Source: Lama guanicoe (lineage: Eukaryota). From it: DNA of 64,000 bases. Positions 49,361-62,145 of the stretch are shown in pieces (positions within the stretch are counted from its first letter, which is position 1; every line of letters starts with the position of its first letter). The stretch spans positions 20,587,280-20,651,279 of the forward strand of contig MU054187.1 in NCBI GenBank assembly GCA_013239625.1, in the 5' to 3' direction. The position numbers and the translations under genes were made by a program. The notes under the pieces were generated by a model. The model was given only the letters and a program-made list of their open reading frames with translations, had not been told where the DNA came from and made no database searches.

Positions 49361-52300
49361 CCAAACAGTGGTAACACCACAAGAATCCTTCCTGTTTGCT
49401 CTTGTGTAATTCCACCCACTTCCCAACCCTCGTTTCATCCCTAATTCCTGGCAGCCACAAATGTTTGTCAATTTTTTGTGAATTTTCTACATAATCGTGT
49501 CATCTGAAAATACAAAGTGTTTAATTTCTTCCTTCTAAATATGTATAATTTTATTTTGTGTTTGCCCTACTGACGTAGCTATTTGGACAACAGTTTGAAT
49601 AAAAGTGATGAGAGTGGACATACTTTATTCCTGATCTTAAGAGGAAAGCATTCAAACTTTCACCATTAAGTACAATATTAGCTACAGGGTTTTGTGGGGT
49701 TTTTTTATGCTCTTTATTAAAATGAGGTTATTCCCTTCTATTGGTAATTTGCTGAGTTTTTTTTTTTTTAAAATGAATGGGTGCTGGAATTTGTCAGATA
49801 TTTTTCTATGTCAATAACTAAAATCATATCATCTTTCTTCTTTGTCTTATTGACACAATAGATTATTTGATTTCTGAAAGTTAAGCAAGCATTGCATTCT
49901 TGATCATCTACATTATTCTCTTTATACATTGCTGCATTCTGTTTGCTAATATCTTGTTGAGGATTTTGCATATAATATCATAAGAAATATTGGTCTTTGT
50001 GTGTGTGTGTGTACTGCCTTTGTCTGGTTTTAGTTTCAGAGTAATACTATCTTCATAAAATGAAATAGGAAGTTTGCCATCCTCTTTTATTTTCTGGAAG
50101 ACATTGCATACAATTATTGTAAATTCTATTTTAAATATTTGGTAGTTTTGGCCAGTGAAACCAACTGAATCTGAACTTTATTTTTAGGATCCCTTAAATT
50201 ACACATTATAATTTTTAATGGTTATACAGCAATTTATACTGCCTTAATCATCTTTATTGAGTTTTGGTAGTTATGGATTTTAGAAATTGTCCACTTTTTA
50301 CTAAGATCTGAAATTGATGAGCAGAAAATTTTCCCAGTATTCCCTCACCCTTTGTCATGCCTGCAGGATTTGTAGTTATATCTTCTATTTCATGCTTCAT
50401 ATTGGTAATTCACATCTTGTCTTTATTTTTGTCAGTCCTGACAGAGACTTCTCAATTTTATTGATTTTTTTCTAAAGGAATTAAGTCTTTATTTTATCAA
50501 TTCTCTATTTTCTTATTTTTAATTTTATTGATTTTTAAATCTTTATTGTTTCTTTTATTCTGCTTCCCTTGGAATTATTTTTCTATTTTTTTTAAGGTAG
50601 AAACTTAGATTATTGATTTGACACTTTTACTTGTTTCTAATGTAAGCATTTATTGCTATAGATTTCCTTCTTTGGAACCTCTTTAGCTGAATTACATATT
50701 CTTTTTTAATTTTTTTCAGTTTATGTGGTTTTAAATTTCCTTTCTTTTTTTTTTAAATTCATGATTTAGTAGTGTTTAGTTTCTAAACATTTTGAGATTC
50801 ACCTATTTTATTCTGTTACTGATTTATAATTTGATTTTGTTACCATCAGAAGTAATTATTGATGTGTTAGCACTTTAGTCTGCCATTTTATTACTTATTT
50901 TCTATTTGTTTCATATGACCTCAGTCTCTGTTTTTCTTTTCTTGCCTTTCTGTGGTTATTTGATCTTTTCTAGAATTCTATCTACATTTATAGTGTTTCT
51001 GATGTGATTTGAGATATGAAGCTTCTACTTTCACCATAAAAACTGATTTTTTATGGTGAATTGAAGAGAAGGCATGTGTTCTAACCAAAAACAAACTGGC
51101 TAATAGAACCTACCACTTGGTACTTAGGGGAAAGAAAGAAATCGATCTACCACCTTAATACCTATTTACAAAAATTATACTCTGAGAATAACGACCTTCT
51201 TGTGGTTTTCTTCCAAAGAGTATTGGGGTGTTTCAATAAACCTGGAGATGTAGAGTATACCTATGAATTCAGAGGCCCCTGGAAAATAGACAAGAAAAAC
51301 CTGCCTCAGAAAAACTGAAGAGATATTGAGATCCCATTCTTACAAACCAATAGATGAAACGCTGGCAAGCGAGTAGCAGATAAAGAAAAGAAAAGTGGAT
51401 GACATAAGATAAAGATAAATGCGATCTTTTTCTTTCCATCCCTCCCCACATTTTTGTGCTACTCCTTTTAGCTAACCTTGGCAGTAGTCAAGTTGGCTAC
51501 AACTTTAGGGAAATGAAGTGGCAACATACAGTAAATTCTCTCTGGAATCCCTAAGACCAATACATATTTTACAGGTAAAGTTTTTGAAAGTGCTGAATGT
51601 CAAGCAGTAAAAGTTACGTTTTTATAGAGAGAATGTATTTATTCCTCTAACAGTAATTCTAAGTATGAAAGATTTTTGATAGTCATCCCAAGAGGAAGTG
51701 AACCACAGAAACTAAGCATCAATAAACTTCATATTGTTTTCAGTTCGTGAAAAATAAACTGCTTTTGACAAAAATAGTAAGTGCTGTAGAATTAGCCTTA
51801 AGTCTGTTTCAATTTCAGACCCTGGGAAAACAGAGCATTAGTCTTTAAGTGGGAGTCTATTAGTTAAACAGTTAAATTTGTGGTTGGATACTTTTTAACA
51901 GTGTCTCTTGATTGTTATTTATTACAGCTGCAAGATCTGGCAAAAGCTCTGAGGGCCTGAAATATGATACAAGCCTGACAATATGTAATTTATATAGAAA
52001 GTACTTCTGGAGAAAACAAGTGGATGAATGTTTATGGAGGTGATCTTTCGTGACAGCAATATATCTTAAAATGTTTGAGATTCATAGAAATTTCCTTCCC
52101 ATTTCAAATGCTCCATTTTTACTCTAGTGCTTGTTTTTAAAAACCATCAACCTTTTCTGAGCTTGAAAAAGCTAAAGGCTGCTCATGTAAAACTGGAATA
52201 CTTCAGGAAATATTATTTATTATGCAAACAAATGTGTTATCAGCAAAAAAAAAAAGTATGGTACCAAGAAAAATAACCTTCAAATGAAATTTTGTTTCCC

Positions 52301-53649
52301 TGTTGTGAGATGAAAACAAGTGAATTTGAGAGAAATATGACTTATTTAGAACAAGAATGGATACATTAATCAACATGTAATTAACTGAAATTTGCATTAA
52401 GTGACTTGGAAAGTATTCAGATACTGGACTGGAACAAAACCTTATTACATAACTTACTGACTTAATATGATTTCCCTTAAGTAAAAGGAAAATATTTTAT
52501 TTTTCAGAGACATACAGTTTTAAAATAAGCTTGCATTTCTTTGACATTAAGTAGTTCAAATTCACTAAGTTGTTCTTTTGGTAGTTTTACTCTAATATCT
52601 TTCTAAGAATTGTGAAATCACAGACCTGAAAGCCATCCTAGAGGCCTCTTTTTAAGCTATTGTTTTTTTCTGGATTGTCATTAAAGTGATGGCAGTGACT
52701 GACACTGATGGACATAATAAGAAAAGTTCTCTGAAAATCCTCTCTGCATTTATGTTTAACTTTTTTGTTGATGCTATTTTCCATTAAGTTACATAGCATC
52801 ATTTTCATTAAAAACCATGAGAATTTATTTCCTTAAGAATCAAAAAGTTGTTTTTCTGCTGAGCAGCCTATTTTGTTTTCAAATTTTGGATTCTGTGGAT
52901 GTTGCAAGTATAAAGCAGCTTTGTAACTCCAAAGAAATAGCAAGGATAGGTACTCTGGAAAAAGACAGAATGAAAAAAAAAGGGTAAATTCAGCTAAAAT
53001 GCAAGAGAAATACCTCTGTCAAATGTCAACTGAAGGAAATGCAAAGTAGTAAGGGGGTAAAGGTCATTAGGCTGCTTGGCTTAAGATTAAGACAGTCTGG
53101 TCTCTGCGTACAACAGGGCAGGGGGACAGGTCCCAGCTCACTATTTGAAGAAAAGAAGCTGAAGAAATTATAAGAAAACTACTGCCTTGGATAAGAAACT
53201 GTCAAACTACAATGACACAGACCTGACTTTACAATAAAGTACTGAACAGGTCACCCACTGGCTCAACAGCTATATTGCAATATCACAATATCACTGTGGC
53301 CTGAGTCCCAAACTGCCTTTATAGATGCGGCTCAGGTCGTAAACTGGGAGCTCTAACAGCTGGCTGAAAGAACTGTAAATCCATAATACAGGATAGTACT
53401 GGAAAATCAGGAAGTTAATGACAGAGACTTTTTCATAGAATTAGCCCCAGTACTGTAGCCAAGTAGCAGCAATGGCAATAAATGAGTCACAATTAAAATT
53501 ACAATAATTATGAGTTACTAAAAGCATAGGACTATATGAATCTGGCAATAAAGATAGTCATGAGACAATCCAAACTGGCTTAATTTATTTTTATTTTGAC
53601 ATGAACACTTTCGGTTCATTTCATTTTCGTGTACAAGTACATGAACTGT

Positions 53650-53960
53650 TATCCCAGAATGGGGTATTAGAGCTAAGGATTTCTGAAGTGGAACAGCTCC
53701 TGAGCCAAAATGTGACTCTGGCAATGGATGGATGTAGCAGAATGAAAGTGAAAGCTGCTAACAGGAAGGAGGTCAAGGAATAAGGAGGTGAGACTGTTGG
53801 ATGAATTATCCAAGGCAGTGATGATGACACAAATGTGAACAAAGAGGAAAATAAACAATAAATGAGGTGCCAATTTTTCAGTGACTAAGCTTGAATTACC
53901 AAGAAGTCAGAATGTGACAGTGATGAGGAAGGGAGAAGCCAAACAGCCTTTGGTTTCTAA
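53650..53960 (-). mobile_element. L2 fragment
   Basis: 'ggaggtcaaggaataaggaggtgagactgttggatg...ttgaattaccaagaa' resembles reverse L2. Confidence 0.5.
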
Positions 53961-54189
53961 ATCAAATAACAATCTTACAAATAATATTCAATAATTTATT
54001 TATTCACTCCTTCATTGACTCAAATTATTTAGTGAGAACTCTCTAAGAGTGGTTTACTTTTCTATTTTGCTCCTCTGTAGACCATTTATTTTGCATTGTA
54101 GCAATTCTTTTGTTATCTTCTACACTTGCCAGTATCCACTAATCTTTACCATTACGTTTACTTTTGTGTTAATCTCCTCTATTACCATG

Positions 54190-55226
54190 TGTGTAAATAC
54201 TATCTCCTCCCTGACATACATTCCCCTGAAATTCAGAACTATGGGTCCATCTGGCTATTTGTCATTGAAACTTATTTTTATATGGATGCTGATTAATAAT
54301 ATTCAAGAGAAATCTCAACATTAGTTGTACACCTAGTCATCCCCTCCGAAACCCCGCTTCTGTCTTCTTCATTTTGATAGATGGCAATTCCATTCTTGGA
54401 GTTGTTAACACAAAACTTTAACACTATTATTAATCTTATTTACCTTCTTTTCCTTTAAGCCCACATCTGATCATTAGCAATCTGACCTCTTCTCACCATC
54501 TCTCTGATCCAAGCTAATTAATATTCTCTCTTGTCTGGACTTCCCTACTTCCGTAAATGCCTGCCTTCAGTCTATCCTTAAGAAAAAAGCTAGAGTAATC
54601 TTGACACTATGTGGGCCAACTCATTTGATTCACCTTCTCAAAAACTCCAATGGCTTTTCATCTTACCAATGTAAATCCTAAGCATTGTAAAACAGCATCT
54701 AACATCTTAAAACATCTTGCCACAACCAAGGCCACGTTTACATTTTGGGCCTCATCCTTTTGTACTCTCTTCTTTTGTTGTCACATCCAGTCACGGAGGA
54801 CTCCTTCCTCTTCCTAACTGGCCAGACGTGCTCCCACTTCAGTGATTTATTATTATTCTTTTCTCCACTGACAACACTCTTCCTACAGAGATCATTTGCT
54901 CCCTTTCTACCTGTAGGGCTTGATGAAATACTACCTTCTCAGTAAATCTATCCCTGGGCATATTAAATAAACTCCCAAAGGGCTTCTCTCCCTGCTTGAC
55001 TTACCTTCTCCTCTGAGCACTTATTATCATTCATTTACAAACAACATATTCATACAACTTTTAAAAATTTGTATGTGACACTTAACCAGCTTGTTTGTTG
55101 TCCATCTCACTGACCAGAGTGAAAGCTCAGTAAAGGCAGCAGTTTCTCCTGTTTGGTTCTGCTGTATATCTAATACTTAAAATAATGTCTGTGTTCAATA
55201 AATATTTGTAGAATGAATGAATGAAC
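54190..55226 (+). mobile_element. L2a 3' region
   Basis: 'gatggcaattccattctt', 'cccacatctgatcattagcaa', 'aaaactccaatggctt', terminal 'ttcaataaatatttgtagaatgaatgaatgaa'. Confidence 0.85.
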
Positions 55227-57177
55227 ATCATCTTCCAAATATATGTAATTACACCTGTCTTATTAAATCAAATGCCATACTTACATTACTTACGAGTTTT
55301 TAAATATTATAGCTATGTAATACTGTGACTATCACTGAATGTCTTTTACTTCTATAAACTAATCAATGGTATTCTTATCATTAATTCAAATCTACACTCA
55401 ATTTTTTTGCAATGTGCCAAAAGAAATATGCACTGAATAATTCTATAGTCAGGTAGATTTATAGCTGGTTCAATGACCGAAAGATTTTGAAAACTAAAAC
55501 CATGCTTCATATTGAAATTATAATTTCTCTTTCCACACATACAAATTTTCTGTGCCTAATCTCAAATATTCATCTTAAGCAGCTTTAATTGTAATTGTCC
55601 TAAGTCATTTTTAGGTAAGCAAAAGTTATATAAACCCACCAATGATTGTGACAAAAAATGACCACAGATCTATCTGGACAGCTGTCATTCTGCTTTCTTG
55701 TTCAATTTTTTAGTGATACCATTAGATTTTCAGAGAGAGCTCCAAACTCATTAGCATGAGTTTCAATGTTCCGTGTGATACTAAACTTACCTCTGCAACC
55801 CCATTTTTGTAACTCCGTCTTTTTCTCTACTTGATCCTGTCCCTTAATCCTGCTGATTTTGTCAGTTTTCTGCTGGCATGCAATGACATAAAAGTGTAGG
55901 AGATTCTCTGCAATAGCATTTCAGCACTGTCATCTCTGTAGCTGTCAAAAGGCTGTTGAACGAAGTGGCTTTCTCATGTCTAGATGACAGCCAGTTCAGT
56001 GTGGCAAGGAACTAGCATATTTATTTTTAAATAGTTCTCAGTATCCAATTCAATGCTTTGCATATAGTAAGTATTTTAAAAATACAGATTGATTTTAAGG
56101 TATTTTTCTTTTTTCTAAAACAGATATTCCCCAGCCCACGTATTATTTGTAGACCTGAAAAATAGATGGAAAAATGGAAATCTCAAGGTCATAATATGAC
56201 TTGAATTTTTTTTTTAAATACTAGCTCATGCTATTCACAGTTCTATAGGCTTAGGCTTTTTTTTCTAACTGAAAGAGATATGAATGACAATTATAATCAG
56301 TCTCAAAAGGATTTTATAAAATAACTGTGGAACCTGCCATAATGCGACGGTACAGGGAGAGGACAGAGATGTAGTGTGGCTGGTGATTGGCAGGAATAAC
56401 TGGCAGCTCCAAGGCAGGCATTCCATCATGTGAGAACCCCTACAGCAAGGCGGCAACAAAATCAACAGTCACTTTTACATGTACAGTACTTTATCAATCA
56501 AAGACATCTCTCAAAGTGCCTTACAAGACTATACAATGACTGAAACAGTGAGCAGTACCAAGGAGGCCACTGAAAGCTGAACAGGGGACAAAAAGTGATG
56601 CATATGGATTTGACTGAAGAAGACAGAACATCTTTGAGTTTGCTGATTTGGAAGAAAAGATGTTAACTACTCAATACACGAGCCCCCAATACATGCGATG
56701 TTCGTTCAGTGATCATTTTAATTGAAGTATGCAAATGACAACGGGAGACTCTAATGTTTAGCAGAGATAGTCCAGAGAAACCAGCACAAGAAAAACTTGT
56801 GAGACATTGTTTTCTTCAGGTCAGAGAGAGGTGAAAAGTCAATGAACAGCCTGGAAATTCTTACGACTGCTCTAAATCTGTTCTTCTGGAACAGAAGCTT
56901 GAGATTTTAAGGACAGCAAGCAAAACAAGACAAAACAAACAAACAAACAACCATTGCCTCTGCCTTTATTTACATTTTATAGACAAAAACAATATGGTTA
57001 AGGGGATCTATTAAAATAAGTATTCTCCCCAGAAAGTGTCTAGTAATTGTACATTTTATTGTGACAGAAAATTTACTTCTGCTTTCACAGCCCTAAACTG
57101 AGCAACTTGAAGTCTAAGCTATCCAAAAAAGCAAATTCATGGCTCAGCCCTTAGAGTTTTGTGCACTTGCTTTAGTG

Positions 57178-57417
57178 CAAGATTTCTCAATCTAGATACT
57201 ATTGACATTTTGAGGCAAATAATCGTTGGGGCGTGGGAGAGTTGGAGGCTCTCCTGGAGAATGTAGGATGTTAAGCAAAATCGCTGGTCTTTTTCCCTTT
57301 TGATGCCAGTAGTAACGCCTGGATCATGATAATAAAAATTGTCTGCAAATACTGTCAAATAGCTTTCGCTGGGGTTGGGGGTGGGGGCACAAAATTTCCC
57401 TCTGTTGAGAACAGCTG
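57178..57417 (-). mobile_element. MER20 (hAT-Charlie), near full length
   Basis: 'tttctcaatctagatactattgacattttg...tgtaggatgtt..gc...gatgccagtag...gttgagaacagctg'; 8-bp TSD ctttagtg/cttcagtg (57170-57177, 57418-57425). Confidence 0.88.
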
Positions 57418-59499
57418 CTTCAGTGTCCTAAGAAATCAGTTTTGTTAGACTATTTCTTCTGACATCCCAGTTCTAAGAGTTGCTGCTGACTTTGCCAAGT
57501 CTTTAATATAGCCAGTTTTATCATCGCATTTAATTTATGACACATGTTGTGATTGCCAACTTCCTAGAGTACTCCCTCACCTGCACAGCGCTGTGAAGGC
57601 AGAATCAATATGTCCACCATTGATTATGGATTCCCCAAGGACAACATAGGGCTTGGCACACAGGATTTAAGCAATAAGCAGTAAGTATATTCTTAGTAAA
57701 TGAATTACCTCCCTTGCCGTATGAGTTCAAGAACAAAAATTAAGAACATAGCATGGACAAAATAGTTGGTAAGTGTAAGATATACATATTTGTTTTATAG
57801 AGAAATTGCTTAAGGCTCTGATAAGCAACACAGCAACTAAAAGGTAAGGCATAGTTATGTGAAAGCTGAGGATAATGGCTAAATTTATCATCTCTAGTTC
57901 CTAAGCATAAACATCATATTATCCTCCTGAGGCAAAGAGGTATTAACTCGGGCCTCCCAAATTAAATAATTTCAATAAAAAATAGATTGGTGAAACTCAT
58001 GCCATTAGAGAATGCAGGAATAGAATGTTAGACGCACATTAACCTCTTTTAAAGTGAAACTCACAGCATCACTGTGGGGCCAGTCACATCATCTTACCAA
58101 GATGATAAGACATAGTCCAGAGGGAAGTGTTATCAGTTTAATGTAAGCTTGCAAGTAAAAAATTATAAGAACTATATGTCTTCTGTGAGGTCTTAATTTC
58201 TTTGGTTCATTTAGGGGGTAAGAAAAAAAAGAGAATGAATAGCACACATTTTCTCTTATAAAAATGTAAAATATAGCTACACAATGTAATGCTTTACTTT
58301 GAAATTCTACTTTCATTACAAAAGTTAATAGCTATGAACTCTTTATTTTTCTATAGACCTATTTTCCTTTTCCTGGGTTGAATGAACTCTTTAAGATAAA
58401 GGATTTTTTTTTTCTGTCTTTTGATGATGATTGAAAAAGGTTTCTCTTGTACGGTGTATTCTCTCAAGAATTATCCTTCTCATCCTTGCTTAACTTTAAG
58501 CAGGTAAATTCATGCTTTTTATTCTTTTCTTCCTCCTAATAGTTCTTCAAGGCATGTGTGGCTAACCACATCATTAAAACAATATATTTTCCCTATAACA
58601 TTGTGGACAATCTCTTCATATTTTTATTGTCTTTGCCTTTACCATTTCAGATTTTCTTGGAAAACTGCTTTAGCATAGCTAAAATAACCAACCCATTTTT
58701 AAAACAATTTTGTTTAGCATTAAATAATTTACTGATTTGTTTTTTGCTTAATTATTATTTAGCTATAGTTATCTCCAAAAAAATCCCATTTATGTTTTTA
58801 TACCATTTTGTACCTAAGATAATTTTAGGCAGTTGTTTGTCATTCATTATTTAAAAAAAAAAAAAAGATCCTTTTTTTTTTTTTTTCAAGAGAGAATTTA
58901 TGGAACATCTGTTATAGTGTGATGTTGTTTTTACAAAGATACATTAAATATAGCCTTTGTCTTTCAGGTGGTTGTATCTGCTAGCTTATCTAATAATAAA
59001 AGTATAAATGTAACAGTTTGTATTTATTAAATATCCAAATGTGCCAGGTATTACTGTGGACATTCAATACATGTTAACAAACCTAGTGAATGTTGTAACC
59101 ATTGCAGTGTTATCTTTCTCCTGCATTAATAGACTAGAATTATTTCCAATCACACATCATTTGGCTTTGGCCAGCTTGAAAGTTTTAGCCCCTTTGGTCC
59201 ATTGTGGACCCTTGTAACTTCATAAAAATATCAGTTAAATGCCAATAGCTGCCTTTTCATCCACAATCGAATGCATCACCTAAAACTTCTGTCTGTTCAA
59301 TAGGTCTGTAGAGAATGAAGTACAGATATTATTAGTTTAGAAAATTTAATGTCAGTTTATTTATTCACATGTACTTTCTAAGTGTATTATACATGCCAAG
59401 CAGAAGTAGTAAAGTTATGCTCAAAGTGACTAGAATACGTGAATAAAAATTGTGTACAAACAAAAGAATGTAAGGGAGAAAAATTGCGGGTGTCTCAAA

Positions 59500-59860
59500 A
59501 GAAGAGAAAAGATTATGGAAACACAAAGGAGGGAGCAGTGCCATGGAAAAGTCAGGGGGAACTTCATAGAAGTGGTGATACCGAAGAGAGACAAAAAACA
59601 TCGGTGGAAGTCATCAGGGGAAAGAGAAAGAAGCATGAAGATTCAGCAGGAAGGAGAACACGGGAGTGTGCGAGCTCATGGCGGACCTGGTGAAGAAAAG
59701 TAAAAACATCATGAAAAGTTGAACAGGGACAGTTATAGGATATAAAGCCTTGAACTTCAGTAGCTCCTTAGAATTAGAAGAGCTTCTGAATTTTATTCCA
59801 TCAACAATGCAAAATTATGCAAAATCAGACAAAGGATGTGACATGATTAAAGCCCAGGAA
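59500..59860 (-). mobile_element. L2 fragment
   Basis: 'gtcagggggaacttcatagaagtggtgata', 'tgaattttattcc', 'gatgtgacatgatta'. Confidence 0.55.
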
Positions 59861-60929
59861 AGCCTTGAATGTAGTTGAGTATTGTCTCCTTACACTGTTG
59901 CTCAGACATGCCGGCACTGGTGACCGTGGTTTTGCATAAGTGTTATTATTTTGATCCAAAACTGCTTTTCCAGTGGGATTATCTTCAGAGGTTTTTAAGA
60001 CCCCAGTATTTACAAATTTTAGTTCATAATGTTAAAGACAATTCACTGTACCATAGGGTCCAAGTACAGAAAATAATTTTAAGAGGAGACAGGTCCAATA
60101 ATGAATAAATACAGATACAAATTAGTGACAATTTTTCTAAGAACAAGGTATTGCAGACAAGATGTCTTAACGAACACAAAGTTGTGAATCTTTCCCTTGA
60201 ACCCAACCTCAGAGATGCTCCAGATGGAAGAGGTGGTTCAAAAGAGACCAGAAATCAACTCAGAAACCTGAGGGGGTTAAAGAAAAGGAGGAGGGGGGCA
60301 AGAAGGCACCTGAATCCTAAGGTGGAATGAACACAGAACCTAAAGTCAGGGTGGACCAAGGCCAGATACAGAGGAAGCACTGAGTGAACGAGTTCTCCCT
60401 GCATTCCCCTGGGTGCAGGGCAGACCAGTCAGTTGTTCCTTCTGCATGTGAAAGCAACAGGGTCTGCAGGATGTGGTGGAATTTCATCAAGGTTGAGCGA
60501 GGAGTTGGGAGCAAACATTAAGTTTATAAGGACCTGTTTGTCCTCGGTAACTTTCTCTACCTCTGCTTCTTCCCAGGTCCAGGCTAGACAAATTGAAAGA
60601 GAGTGACAAGCTCTGGGAAAGTGGAAATTCCTAAATGACAGACTTCTCTGAATGATGATACAGACTAGAAGTTGATTGACTCCAGATACCAACAGTATAT
60701 GCTCTTCACGCTTAAATGAACTCTGTCAGCACAGTGAAAAGGAAAAACAAAAAACAATTAGAGAATTTTCTGTGGCAGGAAAGTAAACTCATGCCGAGCA
60801 ATTTTAAGTTGGGAAAATGAGAAAATATATGCACTTTTGGTGAGACTAAATTAATGGAGCTATTTTTGGAGAGGAATCTTGAACTAATTGGTGAAATTAA
60901 GGATATGGATATCCTGTGAAATAGCATCT

Positions 60930-61370
60930 TACTCATGGTTTGTTTTCAAACAGTTCACAATGGACAAATGTTCCAGATGTTCATTATTATATTTTTGTAG
61001 CAGCAGAAAATTGGAGATGTGTATGTACACAATATATACATATATTACATTGTATTTATTCATCTTCTTAATGCTTAGCTCCCAGGTTACTTATATACCT
61101 AGAAGATACAGGGTAAAGCTTAGAATTACATATGGGGCCATAGATGTATCTTAAAAGTGACTTTTAAAGAAGAAAGTACAATTTGATACATGACTAATGC
61201 AATATCATTTATAAAAATTAAAAACATACAAACACAACCTTATGCATTTTTTTTTGATATATTGAATTTGAATTGGCAATACACACAATCCGTATACAGA
61301 AATGGTCATCTATGAGTGAGAAAAGGAATAAAAATTGGGCTAGATAGATGATGGTGAGAATAAAAATACC
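60930..61370 (+). mobile_element. Old L1 (L1MC/ME-like) 3' fragment
   Basis: 'gatgttcattattatatttttgtagcagcagaaaattgga', 'catagatgtatcttaaaa', 'tatcatttataaaaattaaaaacatac'. Confidence 0.55.
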
Positions 61371-61448
61371 ATGTCCAGTATGAGTACATCAATTGTGCCC
61401 ACTTAAGCCCAAAGACTTGAAGCTAAAACCAAAATCAAAACCAAAGCT

Positions 61449-61559
61449 GGGGGGGTCAGGACAGCGCATAGCTCAGTGCTAGAGTGCATGCTTAGGATGC
61501 ACAAGGCTCTGGGTTCAATCCCCAGTACTTCCATTAAAGTAAGTAAGTAAGTAAGTAAG

Positions 61560-61590
<31 letters not shown>

Positions 61591-61653
61591 CAGAATCCCC
61601 ATCCCCTCCTGCCCCCCTGGAAACAAACAAACCAAAAAAAAAAAAAAAAAAAA
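61449..61653 (+). mobile_element. tRNA-Ala-derived SINE (vic-1-like) with an expanded (TAAG)n(TAAA)n middle and a long A-tail
   Basis: 'catagctcagtgctagagtgcatgcttaggatgcacaaggctctgggttcaatccccagtacttccattaaa'. Confidence 0.92.
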
Positions 61654-61871
61654 GCTAAAGATAAATGCCTAAATCCATGGGAACTAACTACCTTAATGCA
61701 CTCATGCCTTAGAGAAGGGCTTCTTTAATTTTTGAAACTTCTTTTGAATAAGTAGGAAAGTCTATGTAAGCCTTAATAACACAGAGGAATATTATGTGCT
61801 AAGAGTTGGAGTCCAGGGACTTAAACGTAACAGCAGATCAGCTAGCTGTTTAGTGAGGGCAGCAATGCGAG

Positions 61872-62145
61872 GCAATATTCGAACGCTAGCCATCCGGAGT
61901 TGACGCTGACTGCAGGTCTAAGGGCATATTCCCAGCAGCACTGCTGGCACCTCAAACAACAGTCACAAGTTCAGGGGTCCAAAGGAAACGCACGCTTCTG
62001 ACCAACTGGCTACAAATTCACTGTTTCCCACGACTCCTTCGGGTTTGATAATTCTCTAAAATGACTCACAGAACTCAAGAAAGTGCTATCCTTGCAATTA
62101 CTTTTATTATAAAACACAACACATTAGTACCAATCAAGGGAGAGT
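61872..62145 (-). mobile_element. MER21C-like ERVL LTR fragment
   Basis: 'cttctgaccaactggctacaaatt...ttcccacgac...tttgataattc...gactcacagaactca.gaaagtgcta...ttttattataaa' follows the MER21C consensus. Confidence 0.82.

Larger units (their letters stand above)
48915..51000 (-). mobile_element. Old L1 (L1MC-like) 3'UTR joined by an internal deletion (about 49465) to ORF2 sequence
   Basis: 3'UTR motifs 'tagattcacacacagttataa', 'ttattcagacttccccag', 'cctggcagccac'; ORF2 motifs 'gtgatgagagtggacat...ttcctgatcttaagaggaaagcattc', 'tttgctaatatcttgttgaggattttgcat'. Confidence 0.85.

Noticed and set aside
60240..60650. GC-richer segment as a processed pseudogene or promoter
   Set aside because: No recognisable ORF, poly(A)/TSD or CpG island; probably an old repeat I cannot name.
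1294..61653. tRNA-Ala genes
   Set aside because: All tRNA-like heads have broken acceptor or anticodon stems and A-rich tails, and some have clear TSDs. They are SINE copies.
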